In this document: positions 52,901 to 63,658 of the stretch, piece after piece | Position numbering within the stretch: position 1 is the stretch's first letter | How the letters are laid out: every line of letters starts with the position of its first letter | NCBI RefSeq assembly: GCF_030684315.1 | Contig: NC_081387.1 | Coordinates: 23,058,647 to 23,122,646 of the forward strand | DNA length: 64,000 bases | Source of the DNA: Stegostoma tigrinum | Taxonomy: Eukaryota | Reading direction: 5' to 3' | Position numbers and translations under genes: made by a program | Notes under the pieces: generated by a model | Seen by the model: only the letters and a program-made list of their open reading frames with translations | Told to the model about the DNA's origin: nothing | Databases searched by the model: none

Positions 52901-55900
52901 GGCAGGTTAGCACCTACTGCAAAACCCTCCTTTCAGAGGCTTTCCCATCATTGCGGAGACTCCCATTGTGCCAGCAAATTTCCAGATGATCCAAACCCCT
53001 CAATATCCCGGAATATGGAATGCCGGATACTTCTTGGGTTGTTCTTTCTTTTTGAATATTTTGAACATCACGCTGAACGCTGCTCCCAGCGGCAAAATGT
53101 TACGGTTCAATCATGGATTTAGTGGGATGTAATAAAATTAAGTGATTCAAATGAAAAAACTTATTGGTGGTAATATATATGTATGAAGTGATGATGAAAT
53201 AAATAGTAAGATCTATTAAACAGTAAATATATGTAATGTAGTAGATAAATATGTTTGTTTCTATAACAGTAAATATACATTAAGCAGTAAAGGTGAAGGG
53301 GAAGTACAACGAGATCTGGGTGTTCTTGTACATCAGTCAATGAAAGCAAGCATGCAGGTACAGCAGGCAGTGAAGAAAGCTAATGGCATTCTGGCCTTCA
53401 TAACAAGAGGAGTTGAGTATAGGAGCAAAGAGGTCCTTCTGCAGCTGGACAGGGCCCTGGTGAGAGCGCACCTGGAGTATTGTGTGCAGTTTTGGTCTCC
53501 AAATTTGAGGAAGGACATTCTTGCTATTGAGGGAGTGCAGTGTAGGTTCACGAGGTCAATTCCTGGAATGGCGGGACTATCATATGTTGAAAGATTGGAG
53601 CGACTGGGCTTGTATATACTTGAGTTTAGGAGGATGAGAGGGGATCTGATTAAGATAATTAAAGGATTGGACACTCTGGAGGCAGGAAGCACGTTTCCAC
53701 TGATGGGTGAGTCCAGAACCAGAGGACACAGTTTAAAAATAAGGGGTAGGCCATTTAGAACAGAGTTGAGGAAAAACTTCTTCACCCAGAGAGTGGTGGA
53801 TATATGGAATGCTCTGCCCCAGAAGGCAGTCGAGGCCAAGTCTCTGGATACTTTCAAGAAAGAGATAGATAGAGCTCTTAAAGATAGTGGAATCAAGGGT
53901 TATGGGGATAAGGCAGGAACAGGATACTGATTGTGGATGATCAGCCATGATCATAATGAATGGTGGTGCAGCTTGAAGGGCCGAATGGCCTACTCCAGCA
54001 CCTATTGTGTATTGTCTATAATCTAGATACGTTAGAAACACATGTAGGTTAATGCGTTATTTAAGTTAATGAGTGGATCTGTTAGCCTAAATTACTTTAG
54101 ACAAGTTTAACAATGGCTCTCACTGCCCTCCTGCCTGTCAGGGACCACATTTTACAGCGGCTGGTCTGGAGAGCCCGGGGTTCCTGGCCCCATTTGAAAT
54201 CCCAGTCCAAGCAACATTCCCTGAATAGGGCAAAGTGCCTGATGTGATGCCTGTGCTGAATCGAAGATTATGTGCCGCATCATTATTCCCTGGAACTTTC
54301 AGTACTTTCCCAGCCATTTCACTGGACAGAAAAACATCCAGGTGGCTCTGTGTGACAGCCAAGCAGGACAGTACGCACAGTCAGGGTCACATCGTCTGCT
54401 CATTCCTCAGTCAAAACAAGCTGCTTTCACATGAAGCCTGTTTCCCACATATGTTCCACTTTATTTCAATTGCTCATTGTCACGTGCACTTAACCCTTAA
54501 TGAGCTGGTTTGAAGATATTTTTAATCCTGCTACTACATTTGGTAAGTCAGGACCAGAGGGAACCCATTGCTTTGTGGGAGCAAAAAGTAGGGGGTGAGG
54601 GTAGAAATGTGGGAGATGGCCCTGTTGAATATAGTAATGGGGAATCCTCGGCTGCGGAAGAAGATGGATGTTTCTGAGGCCTCCCTGAGGAAGGTGGCAT
54701 TTTCAGACCATTGTGATGGAAGCGGAAAAACTGGGAAAATGGGAAGGAGTTCTTACAGGAAGCAGGCTGTGAGAATGTATAGACCAGGTAACTGTGGGAG
54801 TCGGTGGGTTGTTAGTGGATATTGGTGGCCAGTCTGTCCCCAGAAATGGTAACAGAGATGTCAAGGAAGGGATTGGAGAAGTCAGAGATGGATCAGATGA
54901 AGGTGAGGGCAGGATAGAAATTGGAAATGAAACTGATAAATTTTTCCAATTCAGATTAATTCCAGGGATGAAAGGGCTAACCAACAGCGAGCAGTTGAAT
55001 AACTGGGATCGTACTCACTGGAATTCGGAAGAATGGGTGGGGGGTATCTGATTGAGGGATATAAAATATTAAAGGGAGTTGATAAAGTAGACATTGAACA
55101 GACAATTCCACTTGTGGGACAGTCTCAAACACGAGGTCACAGATATAGAGTCGGGGAGGAGAAACTATATGTGAATCTGTGGAAATCACTGCCCCAGAGT
55201 ACAGTGGAGGCAGAATCAATCAACAGACTGACAAAAGAAATAGATATGTTTCTGAGGAAAAGCAGGTTAAAGGGCTGTGGGAAGCAGGTAAGGAAAGTGG
55301 AGGTGAGACCAGGATAGGATCAGCCATGACCTTGTTAAATAGGCAGCACTGCCTACTTCTGCTCCTAATTCTGATGCTCCTCTGTTGAGAATGATACCAG
55401 ACTTGAAACATGAACTCTGTTTCTCTCTCTCCACGCACTGCCAGAGCTGCTGAGTTTCTCCAGTTTTCTCTATGTTTGTTTGAGATTACCAGCATGAGTA
55501 GCATTTTGTCTTTCCCCAAATATTACATTTACCTCAGGGATTTACCCGTTCACACGAGCTGTTAAAGTAATTGTGATCCTGGACCTTTATATCACAGAAT
55601 ACAGAAACTGACTGCTGTGAGAAAGGGAGCACAATTTACCTTCCCCCGACTCTCCTGCACTTACAAGGGACTTATCAGATTTGAAATCTGACTTCACATT
55701 TAGAAAACAGAATATTGAACAGTCCAGCACAGGAACAGGCCCTTCGGCCCTCCATATCTATTGCTGACCATGGTGCCATTCTGAACTAATCCCATCTGCC
55801 TGCACATGGTTGGTATCCCCCATTTCCTGAAGGGGACCTGATCCGAATCTCCTGTCAGAATTGCACAGCTTGATCTTCAGGTAAGTAAAGGGGACAGTGT

Positions 55901-57334
55901 GTTAATCTGAGTGTGAGTGTAACTCCTCAGAAAATCCAGACCAGTGACATGATTTAGTGTTGGAAAGATGGCAATCAAACTGCACAACTCTCCCCCTCCC
56001 CTGTCCTGAACCCCCTCATCCCAGTCACATTCCTCACTGCCCCCTCAATTTCCCAATGGATCCCTGCACCACCCTCAACCCCAATATGTTCTCTCACTGT
56101 TCTAATACCCCACTGACTCCTGTCCATCTCCCCTCAGCCAGTCCCCTGTCCTGCCCTCCCCTTCACCAATACGAGAGATTACCCCCTTCCCAGTTTCCCC
56201 CACAAGATCCCTCCCACGCTTCAGATACGAAACAAGACCACTCCAATCCCAGGGAGACTCCAATCCCAGTCTTCCCATGAACCCCTCTGCTCTCCATCAG
56301 CCTGGACACCAATCCCACAGCAAACCTGCTCCCCCTTCACTTTCCCCAATCCCACACGTGACTTGCTAAGTCCTGCCCGAACCCATGACAACTTCCCAAT
56401 CCCCCAGTGAATCCCATTCCCTTACACCCCATGAGTGCCCTGCCCATTGCCCCCTGCATTACCCCTCACACTCCACCTGATGCCCCCATAAGACAACATC
56501 CCCTCCTTAGGACCTTCAGTGAGTCCCCTCACAATCCTTGATCCTCAAATAACACCCAAGCCCCTGACATCCTCACCCTCTCCCCAACAGACACACACAC
56601 ATTTCCCCCCAACTCAAACATTCCTACCAACCCCCCCCTCCTCACACATACACACAGACATGCACACGCACGCACGCACACACATATCCCCCCAACGTGA
56701 ACATTCCCACCATCCCCCTCCCTCCTATACACACAGACACTGACACATACCCACAGAGTGTCCCTAATTCCCTGTATTTTCTCTCCCAGTCTCTGTGACC
56801 CTGGATGTGGAAACAGCGTATCCTGAGCTCGAGGTGTCTGAGGATCTGAAGAGTTTGAGATGGACCGGGACCCGAAGGGATCTCCCTGACACCGGGAAGA
56901 GGTTTACACACTGGGAGTGTGCCCTGGGATCAGAGGGATTCACATCGGGGAGACATTACTGGGAGGTGGAGGTGGTGGGGAATCGGGTCTGGAGACTGGG
57001 AGTAGCCTCAGAGTCTGTGGAGAGGAAGGACTGGGTCAGACTGATCCCTGAGAATGGATTCTGGACCATTGGGCGGAAATGGGATCAGTTTTATATAAAC
57101 AACACTCAATCCCCTCTCCCTGTCGGTCAGGTCCCCGGGAAAGTGGGAGTTTATCTCAGTTATGAGTCTGGGACAGTTTCATTTTACAACGTGGACACCA
57201 AGTCCCATCTCCACACCTTCACTGGGAATAAATTCACTGGGAAACTTTATCCTTTCTTTGGGAGTTGGCATTTAAACCAGTTTCTGAGAATCTGCTCTAA
57301 GGGGCGGGGGCTCCCTGACGTCACAGTGACCTGA
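28904..57334 (+). CDS. Butyrophilin (BTN/BTNL)-like type I membrane protein, 7 coding exons: join(28904..28991,32108..32455,40327..40605,41155..41274,45322..45348,49570..49596,56790..57334), 477 aa
   Basis: Manually spliced. Domain order SP-IgV-IgC-TM-linker-B30.2 is diagnostic of butyrophilins. All junctions are GT-AG and phase 1. Exon lengths 88+348+279+120+27+27+545=1434 nt, open to TGA at 57332-57334. Further micro-exons could have been missed. Confidence 0.9.
32108..32455 (+). CDS. BTN-like IgV (B7/MOG-type) exon
   Basis: Within ORF 32086..32475: VGEDVVLDC...LEVRWF...VHLY.GGQD...YQGRTELF...GNASLKL...SDEGIYTC. Acceptor ttgccag, donor G|gttggt, 348 nt. Confidence 0.95.
34555..34846 (-). 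mobile_element. tRNA-derived SINE (HE1/V-SINE-like) nested in the Gypsy pol
   Basis: Minus: ggcagcacggtgtctcagtggttagcactgc...cccgggttcgattcc...tgtgtggactttgcac. Further copy about 38050-38262. Confidence 0.88.
37094..37239. mobile_element. Short Penelope-derived insertion inside the 3' LTR
   Basis: pLTR sequence ggcccgaaacgtcagc...gcagcatctgcagttcc flanked by cctcatagaa / cctcacagaa. Confidence 0.8.
38601..38942. repeat. Minisatellite, 10 copies of a 33-34 bp unit (CTCTCAGTAAACCCCAGCTCCGGGAGCAGGGAAT)
   Basis: Direct count of tandem units. Confidence 0.95.
39460..39990 (-). mobile_element. CR1 LINE 3' end
   Basis: Minus ORF MRGMDKV...FPRLEMSNARGHSFRVKG. Confidence 0.8.
40327..40605 (+). 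CDS. BTN-like IgC (CD80-like C2-set) exon
   Basis: Within ORF 40314..40781: G.RPWV...VCRSDGWYPEPLIQWVD...GLITVQS...FSCFIENQLL...HLQIS. Acceptor ttgcag, donor G|gtaggt, 279 nt. Confidence 0.95.
41155..41274 (+). CDS. BTN-like transmembrane exon (DEFFPRVNAWLVCFLVFLGLVIAAITIDVIVHRKEDEKIK)
   Basis: BTN-typical D.FFPR..W stalk, hydrophobic helix and charged stop-transfer segment. Acceptor ctttttaatcttag, donor G|gtagga, 120 nt. Confidence 0.92.
41850..44630 (+). mobile_element. Heavily decayed Ty3/Gypsy element in the TM-to-linker intron
   Basis: gag start atgatactttttggaaaatta; RT remnants gtgactattaacacccacaaggagttgtatcaattt (TINTHK.LYQF); RNase H remnants (SSYGVGAVLSH..DNG.DRPV, TDHKPLL). Boundaries approximate. 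Confidence 0.75.
45322..45348 (+). CDS. BTN-like juxtamembrane micro-exon 1 (ELQEFLTLE)
   Basis: Polypyrimidine acceptor ttcttgtctttcag, 27 nt, perfect donor AG|gtaagt, phase 1/1, amphipathic. Confidence 0.8.
49570..49596 (+). CDS. BTN-like juxtamembrane micro-exon 2 (GFNKLEINR)
   Basis: Acceptor ttcttgttccacacag, 27 nt, donor G|gtaagt, phase 1/1. Same size and position as the pre-B30.2 exon of BTN genes. Confidence 0.8.
53290..54020 (+). mobile_element. CR1 LINE 3' part, relatively intact
   Basis: ORF 53340..53930: KKANGILAFI.RG.EYRSKEV...HLEYCVQFWSP...FFTQRVVDIWNALP. Confidence 0.93.
54530..54955 (-). mobile_element. Decayed Penelope-like RT fragment
   Basis: Degenerate similarity to 13700-14140. 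Confidence 0.55.
54965..55375 (+). mobile_element. CR1 LINE 3' fragment
   Basis: LIEGYKILKGVDKVD...TRGHRYR...NLWKSLPQSTVEAES. Confidence 0.8.
55985..56755. repeat. C-rich/CA-rich low-complexity intron segment preceding the B30.2 exon
   Basis: Strong C/A skew with (CA)n runs at about 56590-56750. Confidence 0.7.
56790..57334 (+). CDS. B30.2 (PRY-SPRY) terminal exon
   Basis: VSVTLDVETA...VSED...DLPD..KRF...LGSEGFTSGRHYWEVEV...W.LGVA...PENGFW...KVGVYL.YESG.VSFYN...HLHTF...LYPFF. Acceptor ttttctctcccag, stop TGA. Confidence 0.95.
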
Positions 57335-57569
57335 CCCTGGGGTCAGGGGTCAGAAACATACTTTGAGAACATATTGGTATAAAATATTCTTTAAAATTTA
57401 CAATTTATACTTTGTACAATCAGACTGTAAATAACTTCAATATAAATAGAAATGTCAGATGGACCTGACCTCAGGGTGAGGGACTGGGTCAGAGGTGAGG
57501 GGTCAGGGTGTTACTCAATGTGTCATTCAATTTCAAGATTATATTGTTGAAAATCACAACCAAAGTGTA

Positions 57570-57635
57570 AATAAATCAGACAGAAATGTAAATGTCAGGA
57601 TTAAAATAAAAAATAAATAAATGAATTGTGTCTCT
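57570..57635 (+). terminator. Candidate polyadenylation signals of the BTN-like gene
   Basis: AATAAA at 57570, 57605, 57612 and 57616, followed by GT/T-rich sequence, about 240-290 nt after the stop codon. Confidence 0.55.
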
Positions 57636-58376
57636 CATTCCTTCATTTACCCCCAGCTTCAGTCCCACCCTCCATCCCTTCACCTCTTTCCCAGTCTGGA
57701 TCTGGGATTTCTCTGTGTTTCCATTTCTCACTCTGCACCCAGAACATGAAAATCCTGAGGGAGAAATCCAACACTGACAGGGTGACAGAGCTGCATTTAC
57801 ATAGCGCTCTATTAAGCTGCCTGTGTCATTGGGGAAGGGAGTTACACAAGATCCACTCTCTCCCAGGATTTCCAGCATTCCCAGGATTTCACTCCAGTTC
57901 TCTCAACACAGATGCTGCCTGACCTGCTGAGAAATTGCAGCATTTTCTGTTTCTGGTGCGGACACTTCCCACCTTTTCTCCAAAATATATGTAGAGAGTA
58001 AACACATTCCCAAACAGCTCATCCCTGAAAGCTTTTTCTTTCAATTTTCAGTCAATTCACAAATTGATCGATGATCAGCGAATCTTTTTTAAAACACGGT
58101 ACAGGACCGCCACCGCCTGGCGGGACATGGTACTGCGGCTGTCAGTGGTTCAGTGACAATTACATCCAGCAGGTGGCGGTATTACACAGTGAAATCCTGG
58201 GGTTGGTGTCAAACAGAAATAACATCAGAAAATGCTGCCAATCCCCAGCAGGTCAGTCAGCATCTGTGTACAGAGAACCAGAAGGAACAGGGTTCAATAC
58301 TGGGCATGGTAGGAATCAGAAATTTAAAAAAAAAACAAGAGTCCAGTGACCCTTCTTCAGGACTGAAAGTCTTTGG

Positions 58377-59894
58377 TCAGATTGTGGGAAAGTTAGAGAT
58401 GAGTCTGAAACCCTCTTTAATTTCAGGAAGGGCTCATTCCCAGTGGGATCAGGTGGAGTTTATTCCCGCTGAAAGATCCCAATCAAATCCAAGGAGTTGA
58501 ACGGGGAGCGGCTGGGGATTGTGCAGTGAAAAGGTGAAACCTTTCTCCAGTGTCTCTGATCAGCTGCACAGAGCCTGGAGCTGGTTCCTGTCAGTATAAG
58601 GGAACAGGAGGGAGAGGCAATGTGTAACATTCACTTCTCAGGGTCAGACACAGCGACTGGAAAGGGAGGCGGAAGTGAAAAGGAGGAACAGAGTGAGGGC
58701 CATGAGATGGAACATGACCCACTGGGGTTTCTGTTTAAAGGCAAATAATTCAATCCCGGAGACAGTTGTGTGTTTTCATCCCCGGGAACAGACCTTTAAA
58801 GCAGAAAGTTAATGTTCAGCCATTCCTCCATCCACATTGATTGCAGTTTGCTGCTTTGTTTAAGTCGGGGCTTTAAAGAGAATTGATGCGCTAACTTTCC
58901 CTTCCCCTGTGTAAATATTTAATTTGTACATTTTAGAGAGATGGACAAGGGAAGCGAGGATACTGTGAGGAAAAACACTTTCACACAGCGAGTAGTTCGA
59001 GCCTGGAATGTGCTCCTGGAAATGTGGTGGAGGCAGACTCAGTTGGGGAGTTGGAAAGAGCATGGGATGGTGTTTTGGATGATAATGGTGTACAGGGATA
59101 TGGGGAAAAGGCAGGAGATTGGCCCTAGATCATAGACCCAGACACAATGTTGGAGATGGTGCAGGCACGATGGGCAGAATGGCCTCCCTCTGCATCAGCA
59201 TCATTCTGTGACTGTGTGAAATTTGAGCCGATCTATTCACACAGACCTGTGCTGTATCCAACAAGACCATCTCCGACAGCCTCGCCTTCCTCAGGGATAG
59301 CATTGCCCATGTGATGGTCAGGGGCTGTGGGCACTTGCCTCATCTGCCTGGTCCAGGAGAAAGGCCTTTGACAGAATCTCCCACAACTGACAGAGTGGAC
59401 ACACTCTGTAACATGGGGTTTGGGGGGTGGGGGGGGAAGCACTTGGATAGAACTGTCCCACACAAACAGCAGTGACCCAGTTGCCATCAGTGGGTGGGAA
59501 TCAGAAAGCTGTCCCAGCCAGGCAGGGCTGCCCTCTCTCCCCTGTCCTCCAGGTGTGTTGTGTAGGACCTTTTCCTGAATCCCATCACCCCCAGGATGGG
59601 GGGAATGTGAGGGGGGAAGGTCTCAGGTTGTGGAGGCACTGAGATGAATATCTCCTGCACGTCGACCCCATCGCTGTCTCCAGCTTGGATTCACTGTTAG
59701 TGTAAAGACTGGGTTAATATCTCTGACCAGTTCAAACTGCCCTCAGGAACCAACATGAATCAGATTAAGAACGAGGGCCATGTTCTTTGAAAACTGGCCT
59801 GATAGATCCTTGTTCTCTTCACTGACAGGACGGATGACTTGACAGTGCAGGGAATTTTGTTCTGAGGGCCTGGGGTGTGTGCTAAAACTGGGAA
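58377..59894 (+). repeat. Local segmental duplication, copy C (matches A 1727-3208; no ISRE, donor mutated GT>AT)
   Basis: Colinear match from tcagattgtgggaa to gctaaaactgggaa. Reads agagATGAGT where A and B read agagGTGAGT. Confidence 0.95.
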
Positions 59895-60185
59895 GGAACG
59901 AAGCGCTCTTAAGTTTTGCTGACATTAAGCGAGATATTGTTATCTTTGCACCATACCACAAATCACTCTATCTCTTTTCTGTATTCTGTCTCACATTGTT
60001 TGTTATCTGGCCCACAACAGTGGTGCCGCTTGTGAACGTGGACGTGGCATTTGCACGGAATTTGGCCACACAGTCACGTATGTACACGGAGTACCAGAGG
60101 GGGCAAAGCGTGCAGCCTTGCAGGGCACCAATGTTGAGGATTATTATGGAGAAGGTGCTGTTGTCCATCTTCACCAACTGCGGGG
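59895..60185 (-). mobile_element. Rex1/Babar-type LINE RT fragment
   Basis: IILNIGALQGCTLCPLWYSVYIRDCVAKF...TTVVGQITNN. Confidence 0.75.
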
Positions 60186-60859
60186 GCTCAGAGGCAACTT
60201 GCAGCAGTTGCTTATGGAGTGTTGCTGGAGCTGAACACACGCAGCCAATTGAGGAGTATTCCATTACAATCCTGACTTGTCCTTGGAGGTGGTGGACAGG
60301 TTTTGGGGCGTCAAGAGTACCCACAGCATCTGACCAACTCTTGTGTCTTCTTGTTTATGTGGCAAGTCCAGTTGAGTTTCTGGTTAATGCTAAGCCCCTG
60401 GATGTTGGTCATGGGGAATTCAGCGATGGTGTGCAATTCTGGTGAATGAAGCCAGCCGGGGGTTCTGGATCACAGCTGGGGATCATTTTAGTGATAGCGA
60501 TCGTAACACTGTATATTTTAAATTTTTTATGGAAAAGGAGAAAGAGAGCCTACAAAAAAATGGTTTTGAATTGGGGTCAGGCTGATTTTATAAAAATAAG
60601 GCAGGATCTGGTGAAATTAGACCGGGAACAGCTACTTGAGGGTAAATCAACAGGAGAGCAGTGGGAGGCATTCAGAAAGGTGCTGGGGCAATACATTCCC
60701 TTTCAGGGTGAAATGTAGGAGCAACAAACCTGGCGAATCCTGGATGTTTATGAATATTCAGGACTGGATCAAAAGTAAGAGAGAGACATGTAGCAGAACC
60801 TGCTTACAGAGGTGTGCTACAGGGACCAGAGCTAGATTCCGTAACGTTTCTGATATTCG

Positions 60860-62094
60860 TAAATGATTGAGTTCTTTGAGAAGGTGACCAAACAGGTAGA
60901 TGAGAGTAAACCGGTTGATGTGGTGTATATGGATTTCAGCAAGGCGTCCAATAAGGTTCCCCACAATAGGCTGTTGTACAAAATGCGGAGGAATGGAATT
61001 GTGGGAGATATAGCAGTTTGGATCGGAAATTGGCTTGCTGAAGGAAGACAGAGGGTGGTAGTTGATGGGAAATGTTCATCCTGGAGACCAGTTCCTAGTG
61101 GTGTATCGCAAGGGTCGGTGTTGGGTCCACTGCTGTTTGTCATTTTTAGAAATGACCTGGATGAGGGCGTAGAAGGATGCGTTAGTAAATTTGCAGACGA
61201 CACTAAGGTCGGTGGAGTTGTGGATAGTGACGAAGGATGCCGTAGGTTGCAGAGAGACATAGATAAGCTGCAGAGTTGGACTGAGAGGTGGCAAATGGAG
61301 TTTAATGCAGACAAGTGTGAGGTGATGCACTTTGGTAGGAGTAACCAGAAGGCAAAGTACAGGGCTAATGGTAAGATTCTTAGTAGTGTAGATGAGCAGA
61401 GAGATCTCGGTGTCCATGTACACAGATCCTTGAAAGTTGCCACCCAGGCTGACAGGGCTGTTAAGAAGGCATACAGTGTTTTAGCTTTTATTAATAGAAG
61501 GATCGAGTTCCGGAACCAAGAGGTTATGGTGAAGCTGTACAAAACTCTGGTGCGGCCGCACTTGGGGTATTGTGTACAGTTCTGGTCACCGCATTATAAG
61601 AAGGATGTGGAAGCTTTGGAAAGGGTGCAGAGGAGATTTACGAGGATGTTGCCTGGTATGGAGGGAAGGTCTTTCGAGGAAAGGCTGAGGGACTTGAGGC
61701 TGTTTTCATTAGAGAGAAGAAGGTTGAGAGGTGACTTAATTGAAACATATAAAATAATCAGAGGGTTAGATGGTGTGGATAGGGAGAGCCTTTTTCCTAG
61801 GATGGTGACGGCGAGCATGAGGGGGCATAGCTTTAAATTGAGGGATGAAAGATCTAGGACAGATGTTAGAGGTAGTTTCTTTACTCAGAGAGTAGTAAGG
61901 GAATGGAACGCTTTGCCTGCAACAGTAGTAGATTCGCCAACTTTAGGTACATTTAAGTCGTCAATGGACAAGCATATGGACGTACATGGAATAGTGTAGG
62001 TTAGATGGGCTTGAGATTGGTATGACGGGTCGGCACAACATTGAGGGCCAAAGGGCCTGTACTGTGCTGTAATGTTCTATGTTCTATGTTCTAT
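60860..62094 (+). mobile_element. Young 5'-truncated CR1 LINE (378-aa open RT ORF 60863..61999) inserted into an older CR1 (about 60480-62500)
   Basis: VVYMDFSKA.NKVPH, SGVSQGSVLGPLLF, SKFADDTKVGG, FFTQRVVREWNALP, (TTCTATG)n tail. Confidence 0.95.
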
Positions 62095-63658
62095 GGAGAT
62101 GGGAATGTGGGCGGTTGATAAGCAAGTTTACAGAATACACAAAAATTGTGCAGGTGATTGACAACAAGGAAGTGTTAAGTTATGGGAGGGAAGATGGGCA
62201 GATCAGTGGTAGATGTTAATCCTGACAAATGTGAGGTGATGCACTTTGGCAAGAAAATGAGGTGAAGGAGTACTCAATAAATGGCAAGACACTGGAAGCT
62301 CAGAGGAACAGAGTGATCTTCGGATACTTGTCCGCAGACCTCTGACTGTGGCAGGACAGTGTAATCAGGTCATTAAGAAGGGGTCCAGGACTCTTGTCTT
62401 TATGATTGTGATAAAAATTAAAAGAACAGGGAGGTGGTGCTGGATCTGTGTGGGAATTTGGTTCGACCACAGCTGGATTACTGTGGGATCATGAGGGAAA
62501 GTGGGACTTGTCTGGAGAGCAGTATATTTTTGGCAGGATAGACTTGTTAGGCCCAGGAACCTATTCTGCACTGTCTGATTTTACGATCTTTGCTGTCCAT
62601 TTGATGTTACTTACAAGTTTACCCTCAAAGTTAATATTCCCCTCTTTATTCTTTAGTTAGCCATGTTTTGTTGGATTTTAAGGTTTTCCCAGTCCTCTGG
62701 CCTACAAATCATGTTTGATACATTATATGTATGTTTTCTTTCAATTTGATGTTACCCTTCACATTGCCTTCCCAGAATCCTCCTTTCTCAATTTGAGGAT
62801 GAATCTCAGCCATCAGGCTGAGCATTAGTTTTTGCTGCTTTGTATATCTTCATTTTTAATTGGATCCCCTCATTGGTAATATTTGTTAGCCAACGGCAGT
62901 TTATCTTTCTCATTATTTTTGCTTAAATATCTTTCACTACTTATCTCCAGACCTTTGTCATGATCCATTTTCTTTGCCCATTTTAGGCAACTTTCTCCAT
63001 CCTTCTGTGACTGTCCTTGTTAAATTGAGGACGCTGGTTTGAAAATTAGTAGCAGACTTTCTTCTTGGATTTGAAATTCTACCTCATTGTGATCACTACT
63101 TCATATTCATCTATTTCTATTGATCTATCTTGTTCAAAAGTCATGCATTCAGACAGACAGCATTAAGCTTCAACTTTCGACCATTATTTTGTATTCTGTT
63201 TCTAATTTCTGCTCAGTCATGCAATACAGAAGAGGCTTATCGAGTCACTACCAGCAAAGAAAATCTTCTGCCTACAATAATCCCATTTTCCACCACTCGG
63301 CCCATAGTGTGAATGTTATTGCCATTTCAATAAATTTTAAAATGTTATGAGGCTTCCTGCATCGACTGCTACCCTCCAAGGCAGTGCATCCCAGATTCCC
63401 TCCTGACTTGTAAATACTTTGATGGGCTTCATTAATTAAAATATTAACTCATCTGTTGGAACAATAGATAGTTCTTTTCTAAGTATTATTCTTATTCTAC
63501 TCCTAACTTCATTTTCATCCAGCGTTATTCAATCCTTGACACAGCATCAATTCCTTCTCTTTAAGCTTTGAAAACATTACCTTCCCGTCTTTTCTATTGA
63601 CTGTATCCCAACACTCCAGTCTGGGATCAATAGTAACTTCATAACTTCTTATTCTAAA

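Noticed and set aside
57322-57360. CACAGTG + 23 nt + AGAAACATA at the end of the B30.2 exon
   Set aside because: Poor nonamer (5/9), and the context is a stop-codon/3' UTR region.
60832-61542. Long antisense ORFs over CR1 RT (also 5864..6607 and 53333..53896)
   Set aside because: Shadow frames of the CR1 ORF2 sequence, not independent genes.
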